Below, piece after piece: positions 28,703 through 42,978 of a stretch of 64,000 bases of DNA. Location of the stretch: the NCBI GenBank assembly GCA_964016885.1, contig OZ024740.1, positions 56,792,001 to 56,856,000 on the forward strand, given 5' to 3'. The DNA is from Eledone cirrhosa. Its lineage: Eukaryota. The number at the start of each line of letters is the position of its first letter. Positions within the stretch are counted from its first letter, which is position 1. Under the pieces are notes generated by a model that worked only from the letters and a program-made list of their open reading frames with translations, was not told the DNA's origin and searched no databases. The position numbers and the translations under genes were made by a program.

Positions 28703-28932
28703 TAGGGTGTTTCAACAAATTTAATATCATCAAAAAATTTAGTATTATTTTAGATGTAAATATCCCAGAAACTACAAGGTCTAGGACAACGAGACTAAGC
28801 AGGCTCCATGTTGAGTAACACAAGATTTATTCCTCAAAACATGTCCACGTTATAACATTAATTCACAATATATATTTCAATGTGACAACCTTGGGAACAG
28901 GCCATTGATATCAAATGTTTTGAAACACCCTG
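28703..28932. mobile_element. Tc1/mariner-type MITE
   Basis: TIRs (C/T)AGGGTGTTTCAA.A.ATTT.ATATCA at both ends, TA on both flanks. Confidence 0.8.
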
Positions 28933-29105
28933 TATATAAATATAAACATTTATCGCAAACACATAAAATACCTGATCAGTCCCAGTATTAACTAAAAACA
29001 AATATTACTTGACAGAATAAAAAGTCAAAACATAGCATTCTTGTATGTGTTAACGCCGAGAGAATATCCAACGCCGGTTACGATGAACGAGCTATTTATT
29101 TAAAA

Positions 29106-30061
29106 CTAGCAGCAGTACCCAGCGTTGCCTGGGTAGGTAAAATAATATCTGCTTTGATGAAAAGGTGTTGATCTTAACGACTGCTTCTCGATGACTCATC
29201 TATGGCCACACACAGGCCATGCGGGGGAGGGTGGTCTGACCTCTATCACTGAGAAACGCGGGTGACTGACGAAGGGGCATGCTGGAGGAGGGAGGTAATG
29301 ACCTCTAACACTAAGCCAAATTTCCTCACGCTACTTGATTGGAAACCGATGAATTCTCAAATACACAACTAAAAGCTCAGACGACGTCAGTGGTCATCGT
29401 TTTGCCTTTGACCATCTATAAGATGTGCAATGATAGGTTCTATCGTAGTATAAAAGTTGAACCAAATAAATTGATTTATGTGTGAGGTGGAGCCGAAGTT
29501 TCGAATTTGAACAAAATCGGTTGAAAAATGTGGGAGCTAATGATAGGTTCTATCGTAGTATAAAAGTTGAACCAAATAAATTGATTTATGTGTGAGGTGG
29601 AGCCGAAGTTTCGAATTTGAACGAAATCGGTTGAAAAATGTGGGAGCTAGAGCTGAAAAGGCGGAAATTTGAGCGAAAAGGTGGTATTTTCGAATATTTA
29701 AGCGGCTGCCACGCCGTCCCTGAACAACAAATGCAAAATATAAAACGATTACAGGATGTACAATGATAAATTCTATTTTGCTTTAAATTTTGAACGAAAT
29801 CGGTGGCAAAATGTGGGAGCTAGAGCCAGAAATCTTATTTTTCGATACCTAAAAAAAGGTGACCCCCCCCCCCCCCCTATCGATTTTTATCTGCAGAATT
29901 ACCCCGGAATTAAAAGAAACGATACGCTGATATATAGAAAACACTCCCCGATGAATAATCTATGAGTCTGTAAAGTTTCATGAAAATCGGTCGTAAGATG
30001 TAGGCCCCTATAGGTAATACACAGACACAAACACACATACTTAATTTTATATATATACAGA
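29106..30061 (-). mobile_element. Non-autonomous Helitron with an internal 110-bp tandem duplication (29430-29649)
   Basis: Minus 5' TCTGTATATATATAAAA; 3' hairpin ACCCAG-GCAACG-CTGGGT then CTGCTAG; A|T insertion site. Confidence 0.85.
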
Positions 30062-31229
30062 TGTCAATGTTAGACTACAAAAGTAGGAAAATACGGACAG
30101 CTTAAAGTTGGTTTGCAAGATTATTGAAAGGCCAAATAAAACTATTTCTATACTTACTCAAAATTGAAATTTTTTGAAGTACAAAGAAGTGTGATCAGTT
30201 GAATTAAACACTGCACATATTGTAAGGAATACAAGTAATCTTATCGCCTTTACGGTGCAGATATTAATTTGATTGAGTATAATCACTTTCCTCTCATACG
30301 AAAATCTTCTGTAATCCAGTTAAGCATCTATATATCAATACCTCAATATCAATATTTCAATTGTATTCTCTATGGTATAACCTGCCTACTACAGCTTATG
30401 ATCGAATTTAGTTTTCGTTTGAATGAATGAATGAACCCGTAACTCATGGTGGAGGAGTAGTGGAGGAGTAGTGACATACGGCATTTCCTGTGCCTTTAAA
30501 CCTGGCAGAGCCCATCCTTTCGTGGTCTGACATAGTCGATTTCTTCCGGAACAAGAAAGAGATTGAGAGAGAGGAAGTGAAAAGGAGATATAGAGGGAAA
30601 ATGGACTCCAGTACTAGACTGGTACTGTTTTATCGACTTCTAAAGGATGAAAGGCAAAGCTGACCTTGGCGCGATTTGAACTCAGGGCGTAGAAAGCCGG
30701 AACAAATATCGCAAAACATTCTAGCCGACGTTGTAATTACTTTGCCAATTTGCTGCCTAACTATTAGATACTATTCTTTTTTAAATATGTAATTCTCCAT
30801 ATTTAAAAGCGAGTGGTATGAAAATTTATTATATTCTTCAGTAGATAACTGATGCTTATTTCATTGAACACGGAAAAATATAATAGTCGAAAAAATAGGA
30901 GACATCGAGCTTCTACATTTTAGCCCGTCTTGTTAGAAACAGCAGCCAAATCTCAAATTATACCTCGTTGTCTAGAAACGAGAAAATATTTTGGGTGATG
31001 CTGTTCTAAATACACACTGCCATGGTAAAGGACATGGTGGCTCCTGGCTTCAATATCTTTGATCATAAGTTTGCTTCTTTAGAACTTTCGAAGGGTTAAA
31101 CACTTACAACAAAAATATCAAATTTACTGTTTGGAACGAAGCTCGACTTTCTACAGTTTATGCCTTAGCATTTCCTTTATCTTTTGAGGAGGGGATTACA
31201 TCGACCCCAGTGTAATTATCAACCAGCAT

Positions 31230-31400
31230 TATAGTATCGGTAGAGGGTCGGACGCCATGCTTTGCATCACAGAGTTACACCCCTTTACGGTCTGAGTTCA
31301 AATCCCGCCGAGGTTAACTTTGCCCTTCATCCTTACGGGGTCAATAAAATAATGCACTGGGATAATTGCTGGCCTTGTGCAAAAATGTAGAAACAATTAT
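31230..31400 (+). mobile_element. tRNA-derived SINE
   Basis: Same consensus as other copies. Confidence 0.88.
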
Positions 31401-34400
31401 TTATCAACACGTAAGTATGAAAAGCAAAACTAACTTCGGTAGGATATGAATCAGAACGTAAAAAGCCGTAACTTTATGAATAATGAAAATAGAAAATGCT
31501 GGTATAGAACTTCTTTGATATAACTGACCGTAGTAAAACCCTATCACTTATTTCTCTGACCTTGCGACCGAAAGATTATGTAGATACTGGATATATTTGA
31601 GCTTGAAGCAGACAATGACGACAGATGAATCACAATCGCTGCCACTCTACTGACCTTGTTGTTTTAAATATAAAGATACATAGCTATATATGTATTTCAT
31701 ACAGAGACGATTACTTGAACGTTCGTAATCGGAAAGTATCAATCAATTTAATACTAACAGTAACTCCAATAAACAAATATAAATAAAATTGTGGAGATAT
31801 TGAAGAGGAGATGGTAGATTCGTGTACATGCAAGAGATGAGGTGGAGAGATTTCTCAGCCTGACTTCTTAAAGGGAAAATAAAACAGGACAATCTTCTGG
31901 ATAGTTAATGATAAAGAGATAGATAGCGTAGGCATAATTTTAGCAGAGACGTGGACAACCATGACAGAAATTGAACCCAAAATACAAATTGCTGTAAATA
32001 TATTTGACATTTCACCATATATTCTACAACCACAAAGTTCAAAATCCGATATCTATTTTTTTTTTTTATATTTTATAACAATAATTTATTAAGTTTAAAA
32101 ATGAGAGAAAAAAATGTACAACTCATCGACGTTTAACCATTAAAAAAGGAAAAAGAAAGAGAAAAACTAAATAATGAAAGTAAAGGATAGGGGAGGGAGC
32201 GTCAAGGCGGGATATCTCGACTGTGCAAATATTGAAATTCATTCTAAGATCACGATACAAATGTAAAGAAAGTAAAGTAGAAGAAAAACAAGAAAGAGAA
32301 CTATCAATCTAAAGATTTAAAATATCATAGTTCAGTTTTCCTTCTACTAAGTTTTCAGACTACTAATAGCATATGTATTAGATAAGATATATTATTTAAA
32401 TGTTACCTGTGTCAATTTTTATTTATAGTTCTTCAGTAGCTGAGAGAATTATGAAATGAAGCATAAATACACCAGAATTTTCAAATTAAATTAAATTGTA
32501 TGCCATCATGTGCTCGAAGTATAGTTACGCTCAGAATTAAATTGAATCATAAAATATCATCTCTAATTACACAATTCAATACTTCAGTTGAGATCAATAT
32601 ATTCATTTTCACATAATAACAATAAATCAAATTGAAATAAAGTCAAGTCAAGAAAGATATTGAAGTGAACAATTGGAAAACAAGAAAGACAAAACTAAAT
32701 ACTATCTGTTTATGTAGACACATGTATAATGATATTCTTTACTTTTTAAACTGTCATGATTGTTGTGGAAATTACGACAGGAATATTTTTTGTCACCCAC
32801 CTGAGGTCGGTAAAATAGTAGCAGTTAAATATTCATGTCAATTTGACCTATAATCTTCCCTATAAATTGTGAAGTTGTTAAACATTATCTTGTTTTTCTA
32901 TTTGTGCATGTATGTTTGCACCATCCAGGCTAGCTATAACTAACTTTAGACATGTTCAGTTTTCACAATTCTGATTCGGAGAAAGATTTTAACGAAGATA
33001 ACTTTACATAAGATCAACAGGCATCAACTAAGTCTCTTTTTAATCTCATTAATTGTCACTAGGTATTGAATTTACTACACTTCAATTTTATAGGAATGTT
33101 TAGCATGTATTCCTAATTAGTTTACAATACAGCCGTGCAACTCTAGTATTCTTGATAGTGGATTTTAGAAAATCAATTAGTGTTACAGAGTTTATTTCCA
33201 CTTAGATATTGGTCTAACATAATTACAATTCTTAGATTATAAGTTTCTTATTCTTGATATCAAGTTGATCTGAATTCATTCAGAATTACGTGTCTAGTAT
33301 AACCGAATTTGAAATAAAAACTTATGAAGAGGTCTTTCGATACTATATCACTTCCGACATTTTACTTTTTCATCAACATCTTCTCAAGATTGACATGGCA
33401 CTTACGCTACTAATTATTTTGGAAATACTTAAGTGAAATAAATATAATTTGTAGTTGGTGTCCAGTTTCAAACTCATCACTCAAGAAGACCTTAATGCCT
33501 CTTCATTGGCTAATAACCTGAAATTTCTGCAGTTATATGTATGTGGTATTATGGCAAATATGGAAGCCACTAGGTGGTCGCTCAACATGCAGAAATAGCG
33601 TCCAAATTTCTCTCAATTACTTTACGTCATATAAAATAAGGAAATAACACATTGTACAATGTTGTCTTAGATATCTTCTAAACAGGCGGGATGGTTAAAA
33701 TCATATTCATATGATGTAAGCCCCTAGCAATAAAGCAGCATCTACGTGGTCATACTACCTATTAGGAATAGTAACAAAATGTCCCTCAATTACTGCACAC
33801 CATCTAAAAAAAGAGAGACATATTACACAATTTTATCTCTAATTTCATCGAAACAGATGTACTGGTTAAAGGTATAATCGGGACTAATATAGGAGTAAAC
33901 GATAACTGACAATGACTGAGTTCGTGAACTGATGCTCTAAATAATAAATCTATTCAAACATAGCCACTCCAAACTCTTCGTGCACATTATTTACTGCCAA
34001 AAAGTCATACTAAAAACAACAGCGTATATGATTAAGAAAATTCATCTTCATTCTTCTTTGTATTGAATTGACTTCACCATTCAGAAAAATTGTGTTCATC
34101 TAAAACTGGACCCATTTCTGTGCATCTTTATTGTCGGTGCCGACCGTGAGTGTTGCAGTTGTTTCAACAACAGAACATCATGCTCCTAAAATTAACGTGT
34201 AAGTGATGAACAGACACGTGTACCCTTAACGTAGTTCTCTCAGAGGTCTGGTGGGATCCCGTGTATGACGATTACAAGTACTATTCACTTTTGCCAGCTG
34301 AGTGTACTAGAGCAACATAAAATAAAGTGTCATGCTCAAGGACACAACGCATTACAAGTGTAGCAAAATATATTGTTCTATTATTACATGGAATTTGAAT

Positions 34401-34446
34401 AAGTATTCTTTAGTTTGTCTAGTTCAGTGCCACAATCTCACATTTT

Positions 34447-34641
34447 CACACCTGCCAACCTCTAAATAACCAAACGAGAGGTAAACATGAAAAATGTGCC
34501 CCAAAACAAGGAGAAATGTGGCAAAATGGGGAGATTTTACATAATGAAAGCTATGCCCATTTTCACAAGAGAAGACATCTCTCAGCCACCCCAAAGTGGG
34601 TGGGAGATCTCCCCGTCGGGTGAAGAGATTTGGTAGGTCTG
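34447..34641 (+). mobile_element. ~195-bp MITE with 6-bp TSD (CATTTT)
   Basis: TIR CA(G)ACCTGCCAA / TTGGTAGGTCTG; TSD at 34441-34446 and 34642-34647. Confidence 0.85.
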
Positions 34642-34863
34642 CATTTTGTCGTTGGAGAACTGTATCCCTATTAGCTCACTACCTCCTTGGCTCTGTCGAC
34701 TCCGATTACGATGTCTATTACGACATTTCCACTTTATATGACTCGATAAGCTGGACTATAATAACTGCAATATTTACTCATGTTGACAATACAGAAATTG
34801 TCGATAGTATAGTGGAGAATCAGACGACATATAAGTAATTCGTATCTTGCCACAGACAACGTG

Positions 34864-35366
34864 TATCCGTAGACTTTCATCGACTAAGCTACTCTAAATT
34901 GAATTCGTACAAACAAGAGAACATCTACGTTATCACTAGACCTGCTAGAAAAAGCAACCGAATTTCCCTTGAATCGCTATCTACCGGCTTACATGCTTAA
35001 AAAGATATATAAGTCTAAGACAAAATTTGGATAACGTAAAATTAGATTCACAATAACTAAGAAAAAGATGGGATATTCATGGCTGAAATACTTTTGAACA
35101 TATGACTTATTTGGGTCTAAACAACAAAAATATTATCAAAGCTACTAAACAATTTAAATGGAAATATATACCATATAGTTTTTGTATAAACAGCAGACTA
35201 TTGCTTATACAAAAATTATGTCAGTTTTCTGCACTGAACCAACTCCCTCACATGCGAGAAAAATTACTCCGATCGACTAACAATCCTATTCAAGGAAAAA
35301 CCTTTTTAATCACCTTTAGATTCCAGAAACCATAGAAAATCTCCAACCCTCTATATTATGGAGGTC

Positions 35367-35438
<72 letters not shown>

Positions 35439-35440
35439 TA

Positions 35441-35471
<31 letters not shown>

Positions 35472-37206
35472 TATTGTTATGATATCATGTTGATAATTTC
35501 TAATTTAGACAAAATGCCAACAATTTGTGTGGAGAGGAAAGTTGATTATATCGACTCCAATATGTAATTAGAATCTTATTTCAAAAGGTATAGTGGACCT
35601 CAACAGGATTTGTTGAGGTCGACTATACCTTTCATCCCTTTGAAACCGATGGAATAATTGAAAATTTGAAATTCTTTTTGCTCAGAACACTCCCTGAAAC
35701 ATAAGTATTACATGTGTAAAGTTTGAAACCAGTAGGTTGGGTGCTTCTCGAGCTTTAGAGATTCAAACTCACACACACACACAGACAGACATACATCCTC
35801 AGTTTTATATATATATAGAGAGAGAGAGACAGATAATCGGTAGAGAGTCGGGTGCCATGCTTTGCAGTATAGAGTTACGGCCCTTTATGATATGAGTTCA
35901 AATCCCGCCGAGGTAAACTTTGCCTTTCATCAGGGTCGATAAAATAAAGTACCAGTCAAACACTGTGGTCGATTTAATCTACTTTCCTCTCCCCCAAAAT
36001 TACTGACCTTGTGCCTGTATAGGAAACCATTATTTTATATCTAAGGGTGGTGGATTGGCAGTATCGGTAGAGGGTCGGACGTCATGCTTTGATGCATAGA
36101 ATTACGGCCCTTTCCATTCTGAGTTCAAATCCCGCTGAGGTCAACTTTGCCTTTCATCCTTACGGGGTCGATAAAATAAAGTACCAGTAATGTACTGGTT
36201 GTTTGCTGGCCTTGAGCCAAAAGTAGAAACCATTATTTTATATCCAATTATATTTATAGTTTTTTATTTTAAATTTTTTATCTTAATAGTAAAACATGAG
36301 ATAATACCATACAATTGGTTCTCTATGTCGGTGCTTTTTGTTTTGTAAGATATAGAAGATATAGTGGTTTCGTTTTAATTTTATTTTGCCGTCGGTTTGA
36401 TGTGACACGTACTTTCCTCCTTTTCTACTCTCGTCTATCTTTCTATTTCGTTTTCTATCTCTCATTATATTTTCGGTGGATTGGCAGTATCGGTAGAGGG
36501 TCGGACGCCATGCTTTCCAGCATAGTTACGTCCCTTTACGATCTGAGTTCAAATTCCGCCGAGGTTGACTTTGCCTTTCATCCTTACGGGGTCGATAAAA
36601 TAAAGTACCAGTAATGCACTGGATAATTGCTGGCCTTGTGCCTAAAGTAGAAACAATTATATTTTCCTTTATAGGACTAACGTCAGAGACGTTAAAACTT
36701 TTTTCCTACTATATCAAGTGCTAAACTAATATATATAATCACTGTACTGTATTGTTCTGCTGTGTTTTTATATACTATACTAGCAGTGGTACCCGGCATT
36801 TCAAATTTTCCTCGCACGTGAGGGAGTTGGTTCAGTGCAGAAAGCTGACATAATTTTTGTATAAGCAACAGTCTACTGTTTATACAAAAACTATATAGTA
36901 TCTATTTCGATTTAGATTGTTTAGTAGTTATTCATAATATTTTTGTTGTTTAAACCCAAATAAGTCATATGTTCAAAAGTATTTCAGCCATGAATATCCC
37001 ATCTTTTTCTTAGTTATTGTGAATCTAATTTTACGTTATCCAAATTTTGTCTTAGACTTATATATCTTTTTAAGCATGTAAGCCGGTAGATAGCGATTCA
37101 AGGGAAATTCGGTTGCTTTTTCTAGCAGGTCTAGTGATAACGTAGATGTTCTCTTGTTTGTACGTATTCAATTTAGAGTAGCTTAGTCGGTGAAAGTCTA
37201 CGGATA
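34864..37206. repeat. Local inverted duplication: 34864-35265 versus 36804-37206
   Basis: Reverse-complement match read over ~400 bp. Confidence 0.92.
35836..36661 (+). mobile_element. Cluster of three same-orientation tRNA-derived SINEs (35836-36033, 36047-36237, 36475-36660)
   Basis: Consensus matches; last copy has TSD ATTATATTTTC. Confidence 0.9.
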
Positions 37207-37287
37207 AAAGGCCGGATTATATACTGATAATCATTTGTCCGACGCTCTAAAGATGCTACTAATCCACTGTTAGGATATTATGATAAT

Positions 37288-37493
37288 GATTTCTTCTATA
37301 GGCACAACTCCAGCAATTTGGGGGGGGGGGGGGAGTCGATTAAATCGACCCAAGTGCATGGTACTTTATTTTATCGACCACATAAGGATGAAAGGCAAAG
37401 TTAACCTCGGCGGGATTTGAACTCAGATCATAAAGGGCCATAACTCTATGCTGCAAAGCATAGTCTCCGACTCTACCGATACTGCCAATCCAC
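37288..37493 (-). mobile_element. tRNA-derived SINE (long-tail variant) with 16-bp TSD
   Basis: AGGATATTATGATAAT at 37272-37287 and 37494-37509. Confidence 0.92.
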
Positions 37494-37560
37494 AGGATAT
37501 TATGATAATACTATACAATACATTAAACTAGCAAGTCAACAATATAACCATATGCATACA

Positions 37561-38446
37561 TCTATATATATAAAACTGAGGATGTCTGTGTGAGTTTGAA
37601 TCCCTAAAACTCGAGAAACACCCAACCAACTATTTTCAAACTTTACACATGTAATACTTATGTTTCAGGGAGTCTTCTGGGCGAAAATAATTTCAAATTT
37701 TCAATGCCCTAGGGACCGCATTGGGGGATTTAGCGATCTCTCTCTATAATTCTTAGTCTTTCTCTATTTAGATAGATACATACATATAACGTCGCGCCCT
37801 TATAATATCTGTCTGCATTACGTCACTTCCCTGAGGATGTCTGTCTGTGTGCGTGTGTTTGTGTGTGTCTGTGAGTTTGAATCCCTAAAACTCGAGAAGT
37901 ACCGAACCGACTTTTTTCAAACTTTACATGTGTATTATTTATGTTTCAGGGAGTGTTATGCACATAAAATTCAACTTTTTGATCCCCTAGAGCATTAGGT
38001 GAAAAACTGCGTTTCTTCAGGTTTCTATGGGTGTTTTGAGGCGTTACGTCAGACTGATTTCCTTGAAATTGTAATTATGTATTAGTCAGTCTCTTCTTCA
38101 TACCGTGAGCAAAGAAAATCCAACTTTTTTATGGCCTAGGGCCCGCATTAGGTGAAAAACTTCATTTTTTCAGCTTTTTAGGGATGTTTTGAGGCGCTAC
38201 TTTAGCCGAATTTCCCGAAATTTCAAGGCATATTATGCACATAAAAAAAATTCATTTTCTTGATCCCCTAAAACCTGCATTTTTCCTGCTTTATCGAGGA
38301 AAATCTTAAAGATTATCCAGCCATCAAAGTATTCGGTTTATTTTCTTTACATATTGTCCAGGCATGCAGTTTTTCCACGATTAGGTCTGTTGGCGGCCCG
38401 CGTTCCAAAATACCTTATCATGTGCAACGCCGGGTACCACTGCTAG
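37561..38446 (+). mobile_element. Non-autonomous Helitron; orphan 5' end at 35660-35819 (-) and orphan 3' end at 36780-36800 (-)
   Basis: A|TCTATATATATAAAACTGAG start, GCAACGCCGGGTACCACTGCTAG|T end; internal duplication of the 5' segment at about 37830-37990. Confidence 0.82.
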
Positions 38447-39385
38447 TATAGTATATAATAGTTCATATATTCATATGCACTTTGAAATGCAACAGAGCAT
38501 TAGTATTTTAATGATAGCAAAATTGCAACATATTTGCAACCAACTGAAGTAGAAAATAAGTATACAGTATATAATGTGGAATAATATCTTGTAAATTTCT
38601 TGAGTTAATACGCAAATGAAAAAGATTAAATTACACCATCATAATAAGTAAGAAAAAAAGAGACATAACAAACTTCTGATTGCGGATAAACAATTTAAAG
38701 ATTTCTTATATTCTTGGTTGAAATAGACATCGCTGAAATATTATTAAGGGATTATTTAATCACTACTTCGGCAAGTACTGTAAAGACTATGCTTCACTTA
38801 TTCACTTCTCTCTCTCTCTCTCTCTCTCCCCCTCTCTTCTCTTCTCTTGGATGGAGGCGTAGGGGCGCCGTAATGACGTGTGGCATTACTTCAGCATTCC
38901 GATCCCTCTCCAAATTTGAACTCATTTTTCAAGTTTGAATTTTTTCCAGAGAATCAGAGGTAGTAAGGGAGTGAAAAACGGGTACAGAGGATGAGTCGAC
39001 CCTAATACTGGAATAGAACTTTTTATCGACCTCGAAAGGATGAAAAGCAAATTTGACTTCGGAAGGATTTGAACTGAGAGAGCGTGGAGGCCGAAACGAA
39101 TACGGCAACGTATTATATCCGATGTTCTAAAGACCCTACTATTTCACTGCCTCTGCTTCGCTTTTTAGGTCAGAATAAAACCGAAACACACCCGGCATTG
39201 TGAGTCGTAAGTGCGGGGAAAATGAATATAATATTATTCACTAACTATAATTTTTTTATTTGTGTATATTTTTTATTACATTAATACATACTTATTTCTA
39301 GTTAGTATTTAATGATCCATGTCATATATATGCCAACAGTAACTTAACTATTGTTTTTCAAGTGGATCACGTCCCCGAGCAATCT

Positions 39386-39579
39386 CAGACTTGTCAACTC
39401 TCCCCGTCCGACGGGGAGATCTCCCATCTACTTTGGCTCGGTAAGAGATGACTCCTCTCGTGTAAATGGGTATAGCTTTCATTATGTAAAATCTCCCCAT
39501 TCTTCCTCATTTCTCCTCGTTTTGGGGCACATTTTTTCATGTTACTTCCCTTTTGGATTTTTAGAGGTTGGTAGGTCTG
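39386..39579 (-). mobile_element. ~195-bp MITE (same family as 34447)
   Basis: TIRs CAGACTTGTCAAC / GTTGGTAGGTCTG; flanks CAATCT and TAATCT. Confidence 0.85.
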
Positions 39580-41289
39580 TAATCTATAAACATTCGAAAG
39601 TCTATTATACGTCTTCAGAGGTCAAATTCATGGATTCGATCAGCAAGATAGTAATTATAAAAAGTATCTCGTAAAAGAAACGACAGGAACTGCCGTCGTC
39701 AGTGATACAAAATTATCAGAAAGCTCACCGATATAAAGAGTTATAATTTCTTTTCAAATAAAAATACGGCAATTTCATTTGCTGTTTCTCCCTGAATGCT
39801 GTTACGATAGCCAGCATAATAACATCTGGGGTCATTACTTTGAGAGTATTTAAAGTTTTAAATAAAGCATAAAGTAGAATTATTTTACGCAATACATAAA
39901 GTAATTTAGATGATGTACTTAGGTAATCAGATAATAAATTCTGGCTGAAAATAAATGAATTCCAGCAATGAATTTGACGTGAAGGATTATTGTTTTTCGA
40001 AGAAAACAGATAATTAATTGTTTTAGTAAAAGCAACGATTGTCTGGAAGAAATAAATTGTTCGCTGATGCAAAAGAGAATATAATAGCATCTGCTTTATT
40101 AGATTGGAGGGGATTTTCAATATTTCTTATCACAATGAAATGCTAGAAACGATATATCAACTGATAGTTATAACAATGTAAAACACTATTCTACAGTCAA
40201 CATTTTAACAGAAATCTGGTAAGATCATGTATATCTGTGTATATGTGTTTTGTCTGTATCGATTTGTGTTGTTGATTTTTTTTAGATAGCTGAATCTGCG
40301 TAAAAGTGTATATAAATTCATACATTGATTGTGTTGACACGTAAACATGCTAAATATACGTATTTCTCTGTAAATTATCAAAAAAACATCATAAACATCT
40401 TTAATATATTTACATGCCTAGCTGGGCTTTCATCAAAAGGCATATATAACATATATATAACTTCAAGGAAATGTGTAATCGAGTGGCTTATATACCCTAT
40501 CACTTATAGTAGTATCTTGAAATGAGTGTACGAATTTGTATATTATTAGTGCTCATATTGGTAGTTAATTAAGATATATGTTAAAGTCTGCTCTAAGTAA
40601 TCGACATATGTGATAAAGTTATACCTGCTCTTCTCTGCACTAATCACCCGCGATCTTTTTTTTTCTCTCTCTCTCTCTCTCTTTGTTTCTATATTTAACT
40701 TATATGTGTCTCCTTTTTTGTTTTGCTCACCGGTTCCTCCTACTCGTTACCAAGACTAACTAACAGTTGTCTTGTTTTCAGTCTTCATTTTCGATTTTTT
40801 TTGTCTTTACTCGGACCTTTTTTCTGCTTCTCCTTTGTGATACTGTCCCTATTTTGTACCCCTGAAGAAGGGCTTAAGCCCGACACGTCAAACTTTCTTT
40901 GCTCTTTCCAATATAAGTGTGAAACTAATGAGACTTTTTGTACCTCTGTTTATGTCTCTTATATATATATATATACAGAGAGAGAGAGAGTATAAATAAA
41001 CTAGGCTGAACGTTGGGAGTAGCAACGAATTGTCTGTAATGTGATGTAGAACAAATGTTACATAAATGTTGATTCGTATACATTGTATATTTGGAATCGG
41101 TACACCACATTCCTGTGTGTCGTAAGTGGCAACTAAAGTGGACGTAAAACTGTAATGAGAATAATATATATGTATACACACATACACACACGCACGCACA
41201 CACTTATATACATATTTCTTTTTTAGGACTTCTTATTACGAAATCGGCAGATTGTCTGCCAGAACAATTTATTTGCTGATCTGAAGTGA

Positions 41290-42045
41290 GATTCCAGCTT
41301 AACCCCAAAGTCCTCCCATATCTTAAGTTTGGACGGCTTTACTGTCTCTGCTGCAATATTTCGTGTCTGCTTGTACTGCAAGCGCAAGAAAGAGGACTTA
41401 TTTCCAAGTCAAGCTTTGTAGGCCTCCTTCTTTGCTCCGATGACATCTTTGACCTCTTGATTGAACCAAGTGGCCCTCATGCCATCAGGCGCCATATCAA
41501 GCCTCTTTTACCCACAGCATTTAACAGTTGAAGCAGAAACTGCTGAGCTGAATAATCTTCACTCTGTCTCAACGTCTTCTGTTTGTACAGGAAGTTCTCT
41601 GAATTTGGATGCAATGGTATCTGCACACCTGATCCTGACTTCCTTATCCACAGCGCTTCCTATTTTGTCCTGTAGAGTCGTCCTAGACCTGCCAGTTTTG
41701 TGGGCTTCTTTGGCTTTATGTAGCCTCAAGTTTCAGATAACTAGATGGTGATTAGTTGATAGATCAGCCCCTCTCTTAACTCGAACATCCAACAGAGAAT
41801 CAAAGTGATCAGAGACAATAACAAAATCAATTATTGATCTGTCTCTAATTCCTCTTATACCATGGATAGTTATGGATATCTCTGTGTTGAAGAAGGTGTT
41901 CATAATAGAGAGTCCATTGCTAGAACAGAAGTCTAATAAGACCTTTCCATTCGTATTTAGATCGTGGTCGACATTCCTTCCAATCACTCCTTACCATGTC
42001 AGGTCGTCAGTGCCAACATGTGCATTGAAGTCTGCCATCAGGATA
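41290..42045 (-). mobile_element. Degenerate RTE LINE endonuclease fragment
   Basis: NGKVLLDFCSSNGLSIMNTFF, RSIIDFVIVS, DVRVKRGADLSTNHHLV. Confidence 0.85.
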
Positions 42046-42978
42046 TATGGCACAGTCTTAACTACATCTTACGCTGCAGTGACTCATCTTGTTCGTATGA
42101 AGGAAGGCTAATCTGTCCTTTTGGCTTGTTGTGAGTATTTCTACGGTTAAGTCTGCATGAATGCTTTTTTGTGATAGACTATTGTATCTGTATAATTTGT
42201 TCGTGTGAGTAATGCGATCTGGTAGATGACATAGTTATTTTGTATGATTTTTATATTGAAATGTTGGCAGTAGTTGCGGCTTTCTCCATAGCCAATTGTG
42301 GGCTGAAGTCATTTAAGTGTAACACAGTGGTTTTCTATCTTCCACTATATCTGCCAGGTATGTATCATCAACTTCGGAATGGAGTTGAGGTAGTTTTAGT
42401 TGGTTTGGATGAAGAGCTCCATACCTATTTCAGACCAGTTCGCACTCCTCATTTTATGGACTTCAAACATGGTGGTTCAATATTCGTTGTCGGCTATGAC
42501 GGTTGCTAACTTGCGTCAACATGAATTTAGCCAATTTTTAATTGCAGTGAAACAATACGCGGAAAACCTCAAATTTGTAAGACTTGCTAGCTGACAGATT
42601 TGCTGGCTAGCTTACTAGATGATTGGCTAGCTGGTTAGTTTGGAATTTGGCTGGCTGGCTGTCTTACCGGCCGTCGAGCTAATTGACTGGCTTGCTGACT
42701 GGTTGGCTGTATCAGTAGTAGGCTGCTGCTGCTACTACTACTGCAGGGATGTCTATGTCTGTGCAATGATCGTTGTTGTTCTTTTACTACAGCTACGAGT
42801 ATGTTGCTGACAAGTACTGTTATTATTCTTCGTTGTTGTTGTTGTCGCTGCTGCTGGTAGTAGTGGACTGGGGGGGATCTCCTTGTCTTGCCTGTACTTC
42901 TTGCAAGTGCTCCCTTGTGAGTGAGTGACGAAGAGAGAAACAGAGAGGACGAAAATATTTTGGAAGCCATGTTTTGGA

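Noticed and set aside
36315-36614. Recurrent peptide WIGSIGRGSDAMLSSIVTSLYDLSSNPAEVDFAFHPYGVDKIKYQ as a small gene family
   Set aside because: It is simply the SINE consensus read in one frame.
42100-42950. Possible retroelement ORF1/5' UTR remnant
   Set aside because: No motif I can assign; too degenerate to call.
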